64,000 bases of DNA, taken from IMG/VR virus record IMGVR_UViG_3300020420_000671. One strand, written 5' to 3'. The DNA comes from a virus (taxonomy: Duplodnaviria > Caudoviricetes). This document shows positions 18,366 to 29,434 of the stretch, one piece after another. Each line of letters begins with the position of its first letter. Position 1 is the first letter of the stretch. Under the pieces are notes generated by a model that was not told where the DNA came from, ran no database searches, and saw nothing but the letters and a program-made list of their open reading frames with translations. The translations under genes were made by a program, and so were the position numbers.

Positions 18366-18527
18366 ATGAAATGGTTAAAATCTAGAATCAGTGAAAGAAC
18401 ATCATGGGACGGAGCAGTATGTATCGCTCTAGGTCTTATGATATTATTCATGGCTCCCTTGGCAAAAATCGCGGCAGGATTAGCGATAGCTTGGGGTGTC
18501 TGGACTATTTGGAAGAAAGAAAAGTAA
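18366..18527 (+). CDS. Small two-TM membrane protein
   Basis: Manual: MKWLKSRISERTSWDGAVCIALGLMILFMAPLAKIAAGLAIAWGVWTIWKKEK; SD AAGGAG; TAAATA at 18337. Confidence 0.75.
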   Translation: MKWLKSRISERTSWDGAVCIALGLMILFMAPLAKIAAGLAIAWGVWTIWKKEK

Positions 18528-18815
18528 TTATAGTTCATCAATAGTAATATCGGCGTCGACAGGGATATTAAGTTTTCTTCTTTGTTCGACGCCCTTTTTT
18601 TGGGCAAAGCGTTTAGGATCACAATCAGGGCAGACGTGAACATATAAATCATCTAATCTTTTAGGATCAACTTTACCTTTTTCACGTTTAAATTCTATAT
18701 GACACTCATCGCACTTGAAAACGGCATAACTACGTAGACGCTTGTAAGGATGGCTCTTACCAGATTTGCTTTGTCTTACATAAAAACGCATTTCTTTTTC
18801 AATTCTTAAGAACAT
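18528..18815 (-). CDS. Zn-ribbon protein (2 x CxxC)
   Basis: FKCDECH and VCPDCD; late motif TAAATA 4 nt upstream of the ATG. Confidence 0.75.
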   Translation of the reverse strand: MFLRIEKEMRFYVRQSKSGKSHPYKRLRSYAVFKCDECHIEFKREKGKVDPKRLDDLYVHVCPDCDPKRFAQKKGVEQRRKLNIPVDADITIDEL

Positions 18816-18850
18816 AATGTATTTATTTACATTCGGATTGTAAAAGATTA

Positions 18851-18858
18851 TATAAATA
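18851..18858 (+). promoter_or_regulatory. T4-type late promoter TATAAATA
   Basis: Exact consensus upstream of the iscA/tail operon; back-to-back with the minus-strand TAAATA at 18820-18825. Confidence 0.7.
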
Positions 18859-18869
18859 CTAAGGAGCAG

Positions 18870-19199
18870 ATGATGTCAAACATACTATTTTTAACTGATC
18901 AAGCAAAGGAACAAATGGTTACAATGCTTGAAGAACATGATAAAAAAGCAGTTAGATTGTCCTTAAAGGGCGGTGGCTGTGCTGGTTTTAAATACGATTG
19001 GACATTGGCAGATGAAGCAGAAAAAGACGATGAAGTGATAGAACTTCCAAAAGGAAAGTTTTTAATTGACCCAGCGAGTATTATGTACTTGATTGGATCA
19101 AAAGTAGACTACAAGAAGGAAGTATTCGGTTCATATTTTTCAATTGAAAATCCAGCTTCAACATCAAGTTGTGGTTGTGGAGAGAGCATAGGATTTTAA
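18870..19199 (+). CDS. iscA: Fe-S cluster assembly accessory protein (HesB/IscA)
   Basis: VRLSLKGGGCAGFKY, VDY, FSIENP...CGCGESIG. Confidence 0.93.
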   Translation: MMSNILFLTDQAKEQMVTMLEEHDKKAVRLSLKGGGCAGFKYDWTLADEAEKDDEVIELPKGKFLIDPASIMYLIGSKVDYKKEVFGSYFSIENPASTSSCGCGESIGF

Positions 19200-19202
19200 T
19201 AC

Positions 19203-22200
19203 ATGGCTAGACAAGATATTTATTTAGGGGTTGAAGGTAACGACGGTACTGGTGATAGTATTCGTGAAGCATTTAAAAAAGCTAACGAAAACTTTACTGA
19301 ACTTTATGCTGTATTTGGACAAGGCGGAACAATCAGCTTTACAGCATTAAGTGATACACCCACAGCTATTACACCAAACGGACTTCTAATAGGTAACACG
19401 ACCGGAACAGAATTAATACAAAAAACATTAACAGGTGGTACAGGTATATCAATTGATAATACAAGTGCTACAAACATTACAATAACAAACACTGGTGCTA
19501 ATATTAATGCTGACACTAGTCCTATACTAGGTGGACCATTAAGTGGTAATGCTGTTTATCCTATAGGAAAAATTAACACATCTACTGCCGCTGTAGCAGA
19601 ATTTAATCAAACTCATGCTTCACAAATTACAATAGATGACCTTGTAACAGATAAAAAATATCAAGATAAAAATTACGCACCTCATACAGTCACACAAACT
19701 AATAAATCTGTGTATGCTAGATCTGAACCGACTAATGATGCGGAATACACACAAACAATTACAGAATATAGATCAGGTAACGTTGTAATATCCAACCATG
19801 GATTTGATAACAGCTTCAATGGTACACAATGGAAATATTCGACTACAAATACAGCACCAAATGGATTGACAAACAACACTGATTATTTTGTTAGATTTGT
19901 TTCTTCAGATCAACTCAGTCTACACACAACTAAAACTGAGGCACAAAATGATGACGATCTTACAAGAGTAAAAGTCAACATAGGTTTAGGATCAACAACT
20001 GCCGTAACAGGTACAGATGTAATTAAAGATCAAAGTTATAATGAAAGTTTATATGGTAATTACAGAATTGACGAAGTCATGCCGAGAAATGCTTCAGTTA
20101 GAAGACAGGGAGATGAATTAGCAGGACCTTTATATCTTTCAGACCATCCTGGTTATCTACAAGGCACTACAGGCCCTATAGAAGATAGACAAGCGGCTTC
20201 AAAACTTTATGTTGATAATTCTTCTTATGCGAGTACTGAAGATCTTTTTGTAACAAAACAAGGTGATGATACCCAAGCTAATACTCCAGTTGGTTTTGAA
20301 GGAAGAGGATTAAGCTATGCTTTTGGAAGTTTAAAAGCGGCGGCTTTAAAAGCACAAGAGATAATGGAGTCAGCACCAATAGAACCTGGTGCTTATAGAC
20401 AAACTATTACGTTCAATGCCGGCGACGGAATTTCATTAGTTACAAAATCTGAAACTAAAACACCTAACTCTGCGGCATCGAGTGCTATAAAATATTTACA
20501 AGGAAGTAAAAAGTTTGTACAAAAATCTGTAGTAGATTATGTAAAAGATAATTTTCCTACACACAGTTTCTTTGATACAAATGTTATTAATACAAACACA
20601 GAAAGTTTGTTATTTAAAAATAAAAAATTTATACAAGAAGAAGTTACAGCCTGGATTAATTATCAAATCAACACAGGAGCAACTGTAAGCTATAGTGATG
20701 GTACTGCTGACTTTACAGGATTCAAATACAGTTCAGCAAAATGTAAAAGAGATGTAGGATACATTGTTGACGCTTGGGAAAATGATTTAGCCAGAGGCGG
20801 AAACATTGAAACACGTAGAATAGCTTCAAGTTATCTAGCTGGTGCTGTGAATGCTGTAAACAAAAATACAAGTAACGCAGGTAATACTGTCAACCAAATA
20901 GCCCAAACAAATGCCGCAATCGAATTTGCTAGAGATTTAGTTAAGGATTATATTTTAACAGGAACAGCTTATCCTACAAAACAGGGATACTTCCAAGTTA
21001 ATGCTTCTAACTTAACTGGTACTGGTTTTAGATTTTATATTGGTACATCATCATACGCCAATGCTTATGTAAATGGTGGACTAGTTACCAAATCAGATGG
21101 AACACAACTTAACGTAAGCACATTCACATATGATTATACAACAGGATTTGCCGATGTAGTTACAACTACGACACATGGATTATCAGCAGGTAATACAGTA
21201 CAGCTAACTGGTATAAATGTTTCCTGTACATATGAAGGTTCAACACAGCAAAAAGTATATCCAGAACTTGTAAGTCAAGCAAACTGTTATAAATTTACAG
21301 TACAGAACACGGGTTACTTAGGAACAGCTCCTACATCAAATCAATTACAAATTTACGTAGGTCCAAGTAAGTACGGACACACTTATGTAAGTGGTGGTAC
21401 CATAAAAGGAACTTTAACAGAATTTTCTCCAACAGGAGCAACTTACAATCCTGCGACAGGAGATATGGTAATTACCATAGGTAACCATACCCTCACTACT
21501 TCTAACACAATTGAAATAGAACCAAACAGTTTTACGTTTACATGTGCCAAAGATAACAATGCTACATTACATTCTTATCCTAGAAAAGAATCTGTAACAT
21601 CATCGCCAAGCAGTGATCCAGCATACAATACAGCTTTAGCTATTACGGCAGTAGGCAGTACAACAATAACAGTTAATGTAGGTATATCTTCTGATACAAG
21701 TGTACACACTTTCGTAGGAGCAAGAACAAATGCTGTCAAGTATTACTCAGAAAGTAACACAATTACTGGTTTCAATTATAGTAACACAACAGGTTATGCT
21801 ACAATAACAACTTCAAATACACATAGTTTAGTAGCAGGAAACAAAGTCGAATTAGCTGACATTTATCTATCTTGTACAGCACCAACAGCAAGTAATACAT
21901 ATTACCCACAACCAATTTACGCAGATTACGGAACTGGTAACAAAGATATTCCTGGTAGAGCAAATACTCTTACAGAACTTATTGTAGATGTGATTGCTAA
22001 TGGATTAGGAAAAGTGCCTGCTCCAGTACAACCAGAAAAAGCTAACAACACTTGTGAAAGAGATTTGGGACTTATAATCGATGGTATGATAATCGATATT
22101 AGAAACGGAACAAATTCAAACTTCAACGCATTACAAGCGGCCAAGAGATATTTCAGTACACCTAGTGGAGCAAAAGCAAGAATAAGTCAAAAGACAGAAA

Positions 22201-25200
22201 CACTTGCGGCTATAACAAAAGCAAAATCCTATGTTAGAAGCGTTGTTTCTAATACAGATTTAAAAAGACAATCAAGATTATTCACAGTTGAAAGTGCTAA
22301 TTTATCAGGCACACAATTCCAAGTTGCCGTAGGTACTTCTAATACAGTTCATACTTACATCAGAGGTGGTACTGTTACTTTTGGAAATCAACAGTTTGCT
22401 ATAAACAATTTTGCTTATGATAATGTTACAGGAAAAGGTTTAATAACTACTACAACCACACACGGATTAACCACAGGTAATGTTGTTCAATTAGACGGTA
22501 TTGTATTTGAATGTAATACCGGTATCAAGGAGTATCCAGGAGAATTTTCAACAGACATTCCACAATACTTAGATAGCACTCTTTCAACAGTATCTGATAC
22601 AATTAAAAACGCATTAGATAATCAGTTTGATATTATTTTAGATATTTTAACAAACGGCTTTACAGCAGTAGATACTTATACAGTGGTTGAAGGTAGTACA
22701 TACAAGATTCAATTTAGTAATGGTGGATCAAACTACTACACTGACCAAGGTATAAACAGTAACGTAGATATTCTTCCAGGAAAAATTATTGTAGGTAAAA
22801 CTACCGGAGCAAGAGGTAGAATTGTAAAATATACAAGTGGTGTAGATTTAGGTAACGTTGCTTACGACGAAGTTGAAGTTGTATTAGTTGAGCCAAAAGA
22901 ATTTAGAATTGGTGAAGAACTAGAATATGGTAACGGAACAAAAGAGAAACAAATTTGTATCCATGTTGAATCAGGAATATACTACGAAGATTATCCTATT
23001 AAAGTTCCTGACAACGTATCAATTAAGGGAACAGACTTTAGACGTTGTCAAATCAGACCGGCACCGAGAATTTCTCAATCACCTTGGGCTAAAACTTATT
23101 TTTATAGAGATAAACTTTTAGACAATCTACAAATTACAGACTTTACCGGAGCAGACATTGCTACGGCACAAGATATTACAATTACAGGTACTAATGAAGC
23201 AGGCGGAGTTATTACTGTTACTCCAGCAGACAATATCGCTCCTATTGCTTGGGACGGTGCTTGGTTCTATACAGACAACGGCGCAGTTGGATTAATTTCA
23301 AACGCTGATGGTGGAAGTGACTTCAATGTTACTTTGACTGTAGATATTTTACCAAACTTGTCTAATATAAGTTCAGGTGCTTGGCATGTTAAGAAAACTG
23401 TCAATTACGGATATCACTATCTAACTGATCCAGGTGACGCAACTAGTGTGGCCAAACGTAACGACCAAATGGATGTATTCTTAATGAATGATGCTACAAG
23501 GTTAGCAAACATGTCATTCCAAGGACACGGTGGTTTTGCTCAGGTACTTGATCCAGCAGGACAAGTTCTTATTAAATCTCCATACACACAGGTTTGTGGA
23601 TCATTCTCAGGAAGTGTTAACAAACAAGCATTTAGAGGTGGTATGTTTATTGACGGTTTCTCAGGAAACTTAGAAACTGTTATCACAAGCAAAGATGACA
23701 ATTATACATTGAATGTTCAATCAGCTGTCGGAACAGGTTTGAGAATAAGAAAACCACAAACACCTGCTCCGTTCTTTATTAACGGTGTACGTTATCAGGT
23801 TGATGCTATATCAGAATATGATGGTGGAGCAGGAACAGGTAAACTTTTAATCAACAAACTTTCAAACGAAGGAAACGGCTACACTGATGCTATTCCAGGA
23901 AGTGGTACAGCTATATTCATTCAGACTGCTGGTAATAGGTCAATGTTGGCAAATGACTATACTCAGGTTAACGACTTAGGTTACGGATTATTTGTTAACA
24001 ACGCAGGTCTTTCAGAACAAGTTTCAACATTCACATACTACAACCACATAGCGTTCTTTAGTAACAACGGTTCAGAGATTAGAGCTCTTAACTGTTCTAA
24101 CGCAAATGGTAACTTTGGTTTAGTTGCGGCAGGATCAGATCCAAATGAAACTGTTGATGCTATTACTTCATTAAGAACTATGCAACAGCCTGCTAAGGTT
24201 TACAATGATGCTAGTAACACATACGGCTTCGGTGCTATTTCACATGCGGCTGGTGTTAACACAATCCATTTATATGATTGTGATTACCATCCATATCCTA
24301 ACAGTTTAATTGATGTTTACACTAGGGATGGAAGCGGAAACATCACAGCATTGAACACATATGAAGTCACAGCGGTATCGGCACTATCTGTTCCTACTTC
24401 TAACTCAGGAGGATACACGGGTGCTACAGGTCCTACAGGACGTAAAGGTGCTAACCAAACAATTTACAGATGTAACATATCAGGTGATACTGGATTAGCA
24501 AGTGCCATTACAGGTGACCATAATGTAAACTTGGCATCAGATGCTTCTCCTTACGTGATAATGAGAATGAATAAAAACCACTTGTTCTCAGGAGTATCAG
24601 GTGTTACAAGTATTAGACCATCAACAGCTTTGATATTTGATGAAAACTTAGATCAAGTTTATAGAACAATTAGCTTCAACAATCAAGACTCTGATAACAG
24701 TGCACTTGCGGCTGATAGGTTCCAAATAGTTTTTGATTCAGGATTTAAACATCTAAACCTTACAGTAAATCAAACAGAAGCTGTGAATAACACATACGCT
24801 GGTGCTGGTACAACAATGGGAGCAACGGTAGGTGACGTTGTAATTGCTATTGAAAAACTAACAGCGGCAGGTATTGCTAGAATCAATAATAACGATATGA
24901 TATTTGCTTGGGGAGGTAAACTTCACCAAGTATCAAACTACACGGATAGAACAACATTCGCTACAATTAATTTGTCCGATGTTGCGGCTTCTAATATTAA
25001 TAGTAATAACGGATTGTACACTGGTTCTGGTATAGCTAAAAAGGTTTATAGTGCTGGCGGAACTACAGCGATTACATTGACACTATCATTAGCGTCAAAT
25101 GAAGCGGCTAACATAACAGTTGGTATTTCAACATTAAGAGCAAACGGACATGACTTTGATAAAATTGGTACTGGTGGATTTAATACTACTAACTATCCTA

Positions 25201-27089
25201 GCATTATTTACGGTGAACCAGTTAACTCAGCTACACAGGCAAATGAAGTAAACGAAAGAGGAAAAGGTAGAGTATTCTTTGCTTCTACAGACCAAGACGG
25301 ATTCTTTAGAGTTGGTAAGTTCTTCAGTGTTGACCAAGGAACAGGTACAGTTACTTTTGCGGCATCGATTGCTATTAGTAACTTAGATGGACTAGGCTTT
25401 AAGCAAGGTGTTAGAATTACAGAATTTAGTAACGATGATACAATGGCAGATGCTGATCCAGCCGCGGTACCTACAGAATTTGCCGCTGAAGCATTCTTGA
25501 CAAGAAGATTACATTTCGATAGAACAGGAGCTTTACAAACAGTTGGTACAATAGGTCCTGGTGCGTTAGCAAGAGACGGTACAACACCTTTAACAGGAAA
25601 TTTAAATGCTGGTGGAACTAATAAAATATTTAACATGGCGGACCCAACCAATCAACAGGATGGGGCAACTAAATCATATGTAGATGCTAGAACTCCATTT
25701 GGCTCAGAAGCTATAGGAGTTAACATTGCCAACAGACAAACAAATGACTTCTTGGCATATACTGGTTCTAGTTACGACAACGTTACTCCAGCAGGTGACA
25801 TTGGCATTAGTGTCACAGGAAATATCGCTACATTTTCAATTACAGCAGATTCTATTGTAAACGCTGATGTAAACACAAACGCCGGTATAGCTCAAAGCAA
25901 GTTGGCAATGAATGCGGCAACTACAAGAGCTAATTCTACAGGCATTGCTCAAAGTGATTTAGGACTAGCAAGTTTTGACTCAGGTGACTTTACTGTAACA
26001 AATGGTTTTGTAACTTTAAAAGAAGGTAGTGTTGATTACGCAGACTTACCTGATATGGCGGCAAAAACTGTACTAGCAAATATAACCGCAGGCACAGCAG
26101 ACACAGTTGCAGTTACTATTGATGATTTAATTGACAACTATAGTAAATTCACAACTACTGGTGTTGCTTCTAGAATTGTACAAACTGGTACAGATGGTAG
26201 TATAGACGCACAGAAATTTAAACTTGATAACTATGATATCTTAGACCAAACTAACTTAACAATGACTCTTAAAACACCTGGTGGTGCTAAGGTATTTGAT
26301 ACTGTCGGATCAGTAGCAAGTAACACAACTACAACATTCCCAGGTACTATACAGATAGGTGACACAGATACTGCGGCATCTTTCTTCCAAAAGAATAGTA
26401 GCTATGGAGATCCAAGTGATGCTACACTTAACGAACCAAGATTAGCAAGTGATTGGGTATACACTTCATTTATAGAAGCTCCAGGAGAAAAGGGAGCATC
26501 TTCAACAGGTATAGCTGTAGGAGCAGGTACAGGATTTACAGCCGCAGGTGAAATAGCAGTCATAGCAAACAACAATGTGGCGGCTATTAAATTTACACAA
26601 ACAGCGGCAAGCCCTTCAAGTAATAATGGATATGCTTTAGGAACATCTGCTTTAAGATATTCTACAGTTTATGCTACAGCATTAGATGGTTTGGCAACTT
26701 CAGCAAAATACGCTGACTTGGCAGAAAACTATCTAGCAGATAATGATTACGAAGTAGGAACCGTGCTTATATTTGGTGGTGAACAAGAACTTACTACAAC
26801 AAATATTAAGGGAGATACCAAGGTAGCAGGTGTTGTTTCAGAAAATCCAGCACACTTAATGAACAGCCAATTAGAAGGTGACCATGTTACGCCATTGGCA
26901 CTACAAGGTAGAACTCCTTGTAAAGTAATTGGCACAGTCAAAAAAGGTGACATGATTGTTACAAGTGCGGTAGCAGGATACGGTATGGTAAACAACGTAC
27001 CAGGTATAGGAACAATAATTGGTAAAGCAGTGGGCACAAAAGATGATGACGGACATGGCATTGTTGAAGTTGTGATAGGGAGAGTATAA
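19203..27089 (+). CDS. Giant (2628 aa) tail fibre/baseplate structural protein
   Basis: N-terminal gp9/gp10-like NDGTGDSIREAFKKANENFTELY, internal beta repeats, C-terminal YADLAE...VAGVVS.NPA...ALQGR.PCKV intramolecular chaperone-like domain. Confidence 0.85.
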   Translation: MARQDIYLGVEGNDGTGDSIREAFKKANENFTELYAVFGQGGTISFTALSDTPTAITPNGLLIGNTTGTELIQKTLTGGTGISIDNTSATNITITNTGANINADTSPILGGPLSGNAVYPIGKINTSTAAVAEFNQTHASQITIDDLVTDKKYQDKNYAPHTVTQTNKSVYARSEPTNDAEYTQTITEYRSGNVVISNHGFDNSFNGTQWKYSTTNTAPNGLTNNTDYFVRFVSSDQLSLHTTKTEAQNDDDLTRVKVNIGLGSTTAVTGTDVIKDQSYNESLYGNYRIDEVMPRNASVRRQGDELAGPLYLSDHPGYLQGTTGPIEDRQAASKLYVDNSSYASTEDLFVTKQGDDTQANTPVGFEGRGLSYAFGSLKAAALKAQEIMESAPIEPGAYRQTITFNAGDGISLVTKSETKTPNSAASSAIKYLQGSKKFVQKSVVDYVKDNFPTHSFFDTNVINTNTESLLFKNKKFIQEEVTAWINYQINTGATVSYSDGTADFTGFKYSSAKCKRDVGYIVDAWENDLARGGNIETRRIASSYLAGAVNAVNKNTSNAGNTVNQIAQTNAAIEFARDLVKDYILTGTAYPTKQGYFQVNASNLTGTGFRFYIGTSSYANAYVNGGLVTKSDGTQLNVSTFTYDYTTGFADVVTTTTHGLSAGNTVQLTGINVSCTYEGSTQQKVYPELVSQANCYKFTVQNTGYLGTAPTSNQLQIYVGPSKYGHTYVSGGTIKGTLTEFSPTGATYNPATGDMVITIGNHTLTTSNTIEIEPNSFTFTCAKDNNATLHSYPRKESVTSSPSSDPAYNTALAITAVGSTTITVNVGISSDTSVHTFVGARTNAVKYYSESNTITGFNYSNTTGYATITTSNTHSLVAGNKVELADIYLSCTAPTASNTYYPQPIYADYGTGNKDIPGRANTLTELIVDVIANGLGKVPAPVQPEKANNTCERDLGLIIDGMIIDIRNGTNSNFNALQAAKRYFSTPSGAKARISQKTETLAAITKAKSYVRSVVSNTDLKRQSRLFTVESANLSGTQFQVAVGTSNTVHTYIRGGTVTFGNQQFAINNFAYDNVTGKGLITTTTTHGLTTGNVVQLDGIVFECNTGIKEYPGEFSTDIPQYLDSTLSTVSDTIKNALDNQFDIILDILTNGFTAVDTYTVVEGSTYKIQFSNGGSNYYTDQGINSNVDILPGKIIVGKTTGARGRIVKYTSGVDLGNVAYDEVEVVLVEPKEFRIGEELEYGNGTKEKQICIHVESGIYYEDYPIKVPDNVSIKGTDFRRCQIRPAPRISQSPWAKTYFYRDKLLDNLQITDFTGADIATAQDITITGTNEAGGVITVTPADNIAPIAWDGAWFYTDNGAVGLISNADGGSDFNVTLTVDILPNLSNISSGAWHVKKTVNYGYHYLTDPGDATSVAKRNDQMDVFLMNDATRLANMSFQGHGGFAQVLDPAGQVLIKSPYTQVCGSFSGSVNKQAFRGGMFIDGFSGNLETVITSKDDNYTLNVQSAVGTGLRIRKPQTPAPFFINGVRYQVDAISEYDGGAGTGKLLINKLSNEGNGYTDAIPGSGTAIFIQTAGNRSMLANDYTQVNDLGYGLFVNNAGLSEQVSTFTYYNHIAFFSNNGSEIRALNCSNANGNFGLVAAGSDPNETVDAITSLRTMQQPAKVYNDASNTYGFGAISHAAGVNTIHLYDCDYHPYPNSLIDVYTRDGSGNITALNTYEVTAVSALSVPTSNSGGYTGATGPTGRKGANQTIYRCNISGDTGLASAITGDHNVNLASDASPYVIMRMNKNHLFSGVSGVTSIRPSTALIFDENLDQVYRTISFNNQDSDNSALAADRFQIVFDSGFKHLNLTVNQTEAVNNTYAGAGTTMGATVGDVVIAIEKLTAAGIARINNNDMIFAWGGKLHQVSNYTDRTTFATINLSDVAASNINSNNGLYTGSGIAKKVYSAGGTTAITLTLSLASNEAANITVGISTLRANGHDFDKIGTGGFNTTNYPSIIYGEPVNSATQANEVNERGKGRVFFASTDQDGFFRVGKFFSVDQGTGTVTFAASIAISNLDGLGFKQGVRITEFSNDDTMADADPAAVPTEFAAEAFLTRRLHFDRTGALQTVGTIGPGALARDGTTPLTGNLNAGGTNKIFNMADPTNQQDGATKSYVDARTPFGSEAIGVNIANRQTNDFLAYTGSSYDNVTPAGDIGISVTGNIATFSITADSIVNADVNTNAGIAQSKLAMNAATTRANSTGIAQSDLGLASFDSGDFTVTNGFVTLKEGSVDYADLPDMAAKTVLANITAGTADTVAVTIDDLIDNYSKFTTTGVASRIVQTGTDGSIDAQKFKLDNYDILDQTNLTMTLKTPGGAKVFDTVGSVASNTTTTFPGTIQIGDTDTAASFFQKNSSYGDPSDATLNEPRLASDWVYTSFIEAPGEKGASSTGIAVGAGTGFTAAGEIAVIANNNVAAIKFTQTAASPSSNNGYALGTSALRYSTVYATALDGLATSAKYADLAENYLADNDYEVGTVLIFGGEQELTTTNIKGDTKVAGVVSENPAHLMNSQLEGDHVTPLALQGRTPCKVIGTVKKGDMIVTSAVAGYGMVNNVPGIGTIIGKAVGTKDDDGHGIVEVVIGRV
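20990..22540 (+). repeat. Four degenerate repeats of about 90-100 aa inside the giant fibre
   Basis: GTS...Y..GG.V...F.Y...TG...T...HGL..GN.VQL.GI...C...YP recurs at about 20990, 21290, 21630 and 22280. Confidence 0.75.
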
Positions 27090-27370
27090 TGGCTATTCTA
27101 ACTATAAACATAGGAACAAGTGCTAACAAGGGCGATGGCGATCCGTTAAGAGTTGCGTTCGATAAAATTAACAAAAACTTTGCTGAACTTGATCTTACTA
27201 ATACTAAAAGAGATGTTGTTGGTTCAGTGTTCGCAGATGATTCTACTTTATTAGTAGATGCTGTTAATGGAGTGATACCAGGTTATGTAAGTTTACAAAC
27301 TTTAAAAACTGTGGCGGCGGCAAGCACAGACTTTGCTGATTTTAAAACAAGAATAGCGAACCTGACATAG
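27089..27370 (+). CDS. Short structural protein with gp9/gp10-like N-terminal anchor
   Basis: INIGTSANKGDGDPLRVAFDKINKNFAEL. Confidence 0.8.
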   Translation: MAILTINIGTSANKGDGDPLRVAFDKINKNFAELDLTNTKRDVVGSVFADDSTLLVDAVNGVIPGYVSLQTLKTVAAASTDFADFKTRIANLT

Positions 27371-27385
27371 AGAGGATGATTAAAT

Positions 27386-29425
27386 ATGGCAAATAGATTT
27401 CCAATTATAGTTGACAGAGATGATCAAAACAAGCTAAAAGAATTACCGTCAGGTGATAATCTCGATCTTACAGGATCAGGTATAGTTGGTGCTGGAAATA
27501 TATCAGCAACTGGGCTTACAATTAATAATATTAGCTATAATCCATTTAGCGGTAGTTGGAACGATCTAGCAGATAAACCAACAGTAGCGGCAACAACAAC
27601 GGACTTACCAGAAGGCACTAATCAATACTTTACCAACGAGCGAGTAGATGATAGAGTTGCGGCAGTCCTAAGAGAAGGTACTGGAATAGATATCCAGTAT
27701 GACGATCTTAATGGCACTATCACAATTACAAATACAGGAACAAGCAGTGGAGGTAGTGGAGGACTTGCTCCAGCAACAAACTTTGACGGATTAGCAAATA
27801 ATCAAATTATTAAATATTCAACAACAGGTAATACCGATGGCGGAGCGGCATGGGTAAACGGAAGCATTAACTACAGTGAAATTGTTGGAACACCTAGTCT
27901 TGCTACTGTAGCTACCACTGGTAGTTACACTAATCTTACAAATAAACCTACTTTGGTAGATGACATAAGTGATTTAGCTGATGTAGATACTATTTCTAAT
28001 CCTCCAGCAACAGGACAAGTCTTAAAATGGGACGGTGGCAAATGGGCACCAGCAGATGATATTACAACAGGAGGTTCAGGCCTAAACGCAGATACACTAG
28101 ATGGATTTGATGGATCTTATTATTTAAATTATGTTAACTTAACAAATAAGCCAACCTTATTCGATAGTCAGTTTAGTTCATTAACAGGAACTCCTACAAC
28201 TTTATCAGGTTATGGAATTACAGATGCCATTAGTTCTAATCAAAGCTATACGCAAAACGGATCCATTACAATTAATGATGACAATGGATTACAAATCGGC
28301 GGCAGTTCCATAAGTAAGGTTTCATTAGGTATTACAGGCGGTAATGTTGTTTTACAAAATTTAGTTAATGAACAAGACTTTGAAATAAAAGTCAAACCTA
28401 TTGCTGGTGTAACTACAGCATTAAAAGTTGATACAGGTTCTGGTAGAGTAGGTATATATAAAACTACACCAACAAGAACACTAGACGTTGGAGGCGACGT
28501 TGGCGCTACAAACTTCTTTGGTGGCGGATCAAACTTAACAGGTATTACTCTTACACAGGTTACTACAGCTGGATCAGAAACAACTAACAGCGTGAGTTTT
28601 GGAAACGTAAATCCATCAGCTGATAGTGCTTATAGTTTAGGGTCTAACACTATTAGATGGGCAAACACTTATACAGATAACTTATCTATTGACGGAGGTT
28701 CAACATTCGCAGATGGAGCATTAAGTATTAAAACAGGCACAGGTAGTGTAGCTAGGATTGATTTATATTGTGAAACAAACAATGTCCATTACGTAAGAAT
28801 AGAACCACCAGCACATGCCAACTATACTGGAAATGTCACACTTACATTACCCAACACTTCAGGTACTATTGCTCGTACAGCAGATATTCCTACTGTACCA
28901 TCAACTATAAGTTCATTCACAAATGACTCAGGTTATATTACAGATATTACAGCACAAAGTATTAACAGCCTTAGTGATGTTACGATTACAAGTGTACAAA
29001 ACGATCAAATTTTAAAATACAATAGCTCATCAGGAAAATGGGAGAACGGCACAGGCGGTGGCCAGGTTGGAAACTTTACATTATCTAGTAGTGTAATTGA
29101 TACTGACGATAGTTCACAAATTGTTATGACACCAAGTGTTAGAATGAGCAGTGACTTAACTGTTGACGGAAATCTAACTGCTCAAAGATTTACAGCAGAC
29201 AGTTTTGAAAGTTCAGGAGTAGGTACGCCTCAAATAGATAGTGCTAGTTCAATAGAACTTATAGCACAGGATCAAGTTAAAATAACTAATAGTCCATTGA
29301 GATTGGCAAGTTTCACTACTACCCAAAGAGATGCATTAACGGCCGGCAACGGAGATACTATTTACAATACAACGACCAATAAGTTCCAAGGATATGCAAA
29401 CGGTGCTTGGGTTGATTTACATTAA
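27386..29425 (+). CDS. Tail fibre protein
   Basis: Repeated SY.NL.NKPT and L.DV...QILK...KW motifs, Gly/Thr-rich. Confidence 0.8.
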   Translation: MANRFPIIVDRDDQNKLKELPSGDNLDLTGSGIVGAGNISATGLTINNISYNPFSGSWNDLADKPTVAATTTDLPEGTNQYFTNERVDDRVAAVLREGTGIDIQYDDLNGTITITNTGTSSGGSGGLAPATNFDGLANNQIIKYSTTGNTDGGAAWVNGSINYSEIVGTPSLATVATTGSYTNLTNKPTLVDDISDLADVDTISNPPATGQVLKWDGGKWAPADDITTGGSGLNADTLDGFDGSYYLNYVNLTNKPTLFDSQFSSLTGTPTTLSGYGITDAISSNQSYTQNGSITINDDNGLQIGGSSISKVSLGITGGNVVLQNLVNEQDFEIKVKPIAGVTTALKVDTGSGRVGIYKTTPTRTLDVGGDVGATNFFGGGSNLTGITLTQVTTAGSETTNSVSFGNVNPSADSAYSLGSNTIRWANTYTDNLSIDGGSTFADGALSIKTGTGSVARIDLYCETNNVHYVRIEPPAHANYTGNVTLTLPNTSGTIARTADIPTVPSTISSFTNDSGYITDITAQSINSLSDVTITSVQNDQILKYNSSSGKWENGTGGGQVGNFTLSSSVIDTDDSSQIVMTPSVRMSSDLTVDGNLTAQRFTADSFESSGVGTPQIDSASSIELIAQDQVKITNSPLRLASFTTTQRDALTAGNGDTIYNTTTNKFQGYANGAWVDLH

Positions 29426-29434
29426 GGAGCAGAC

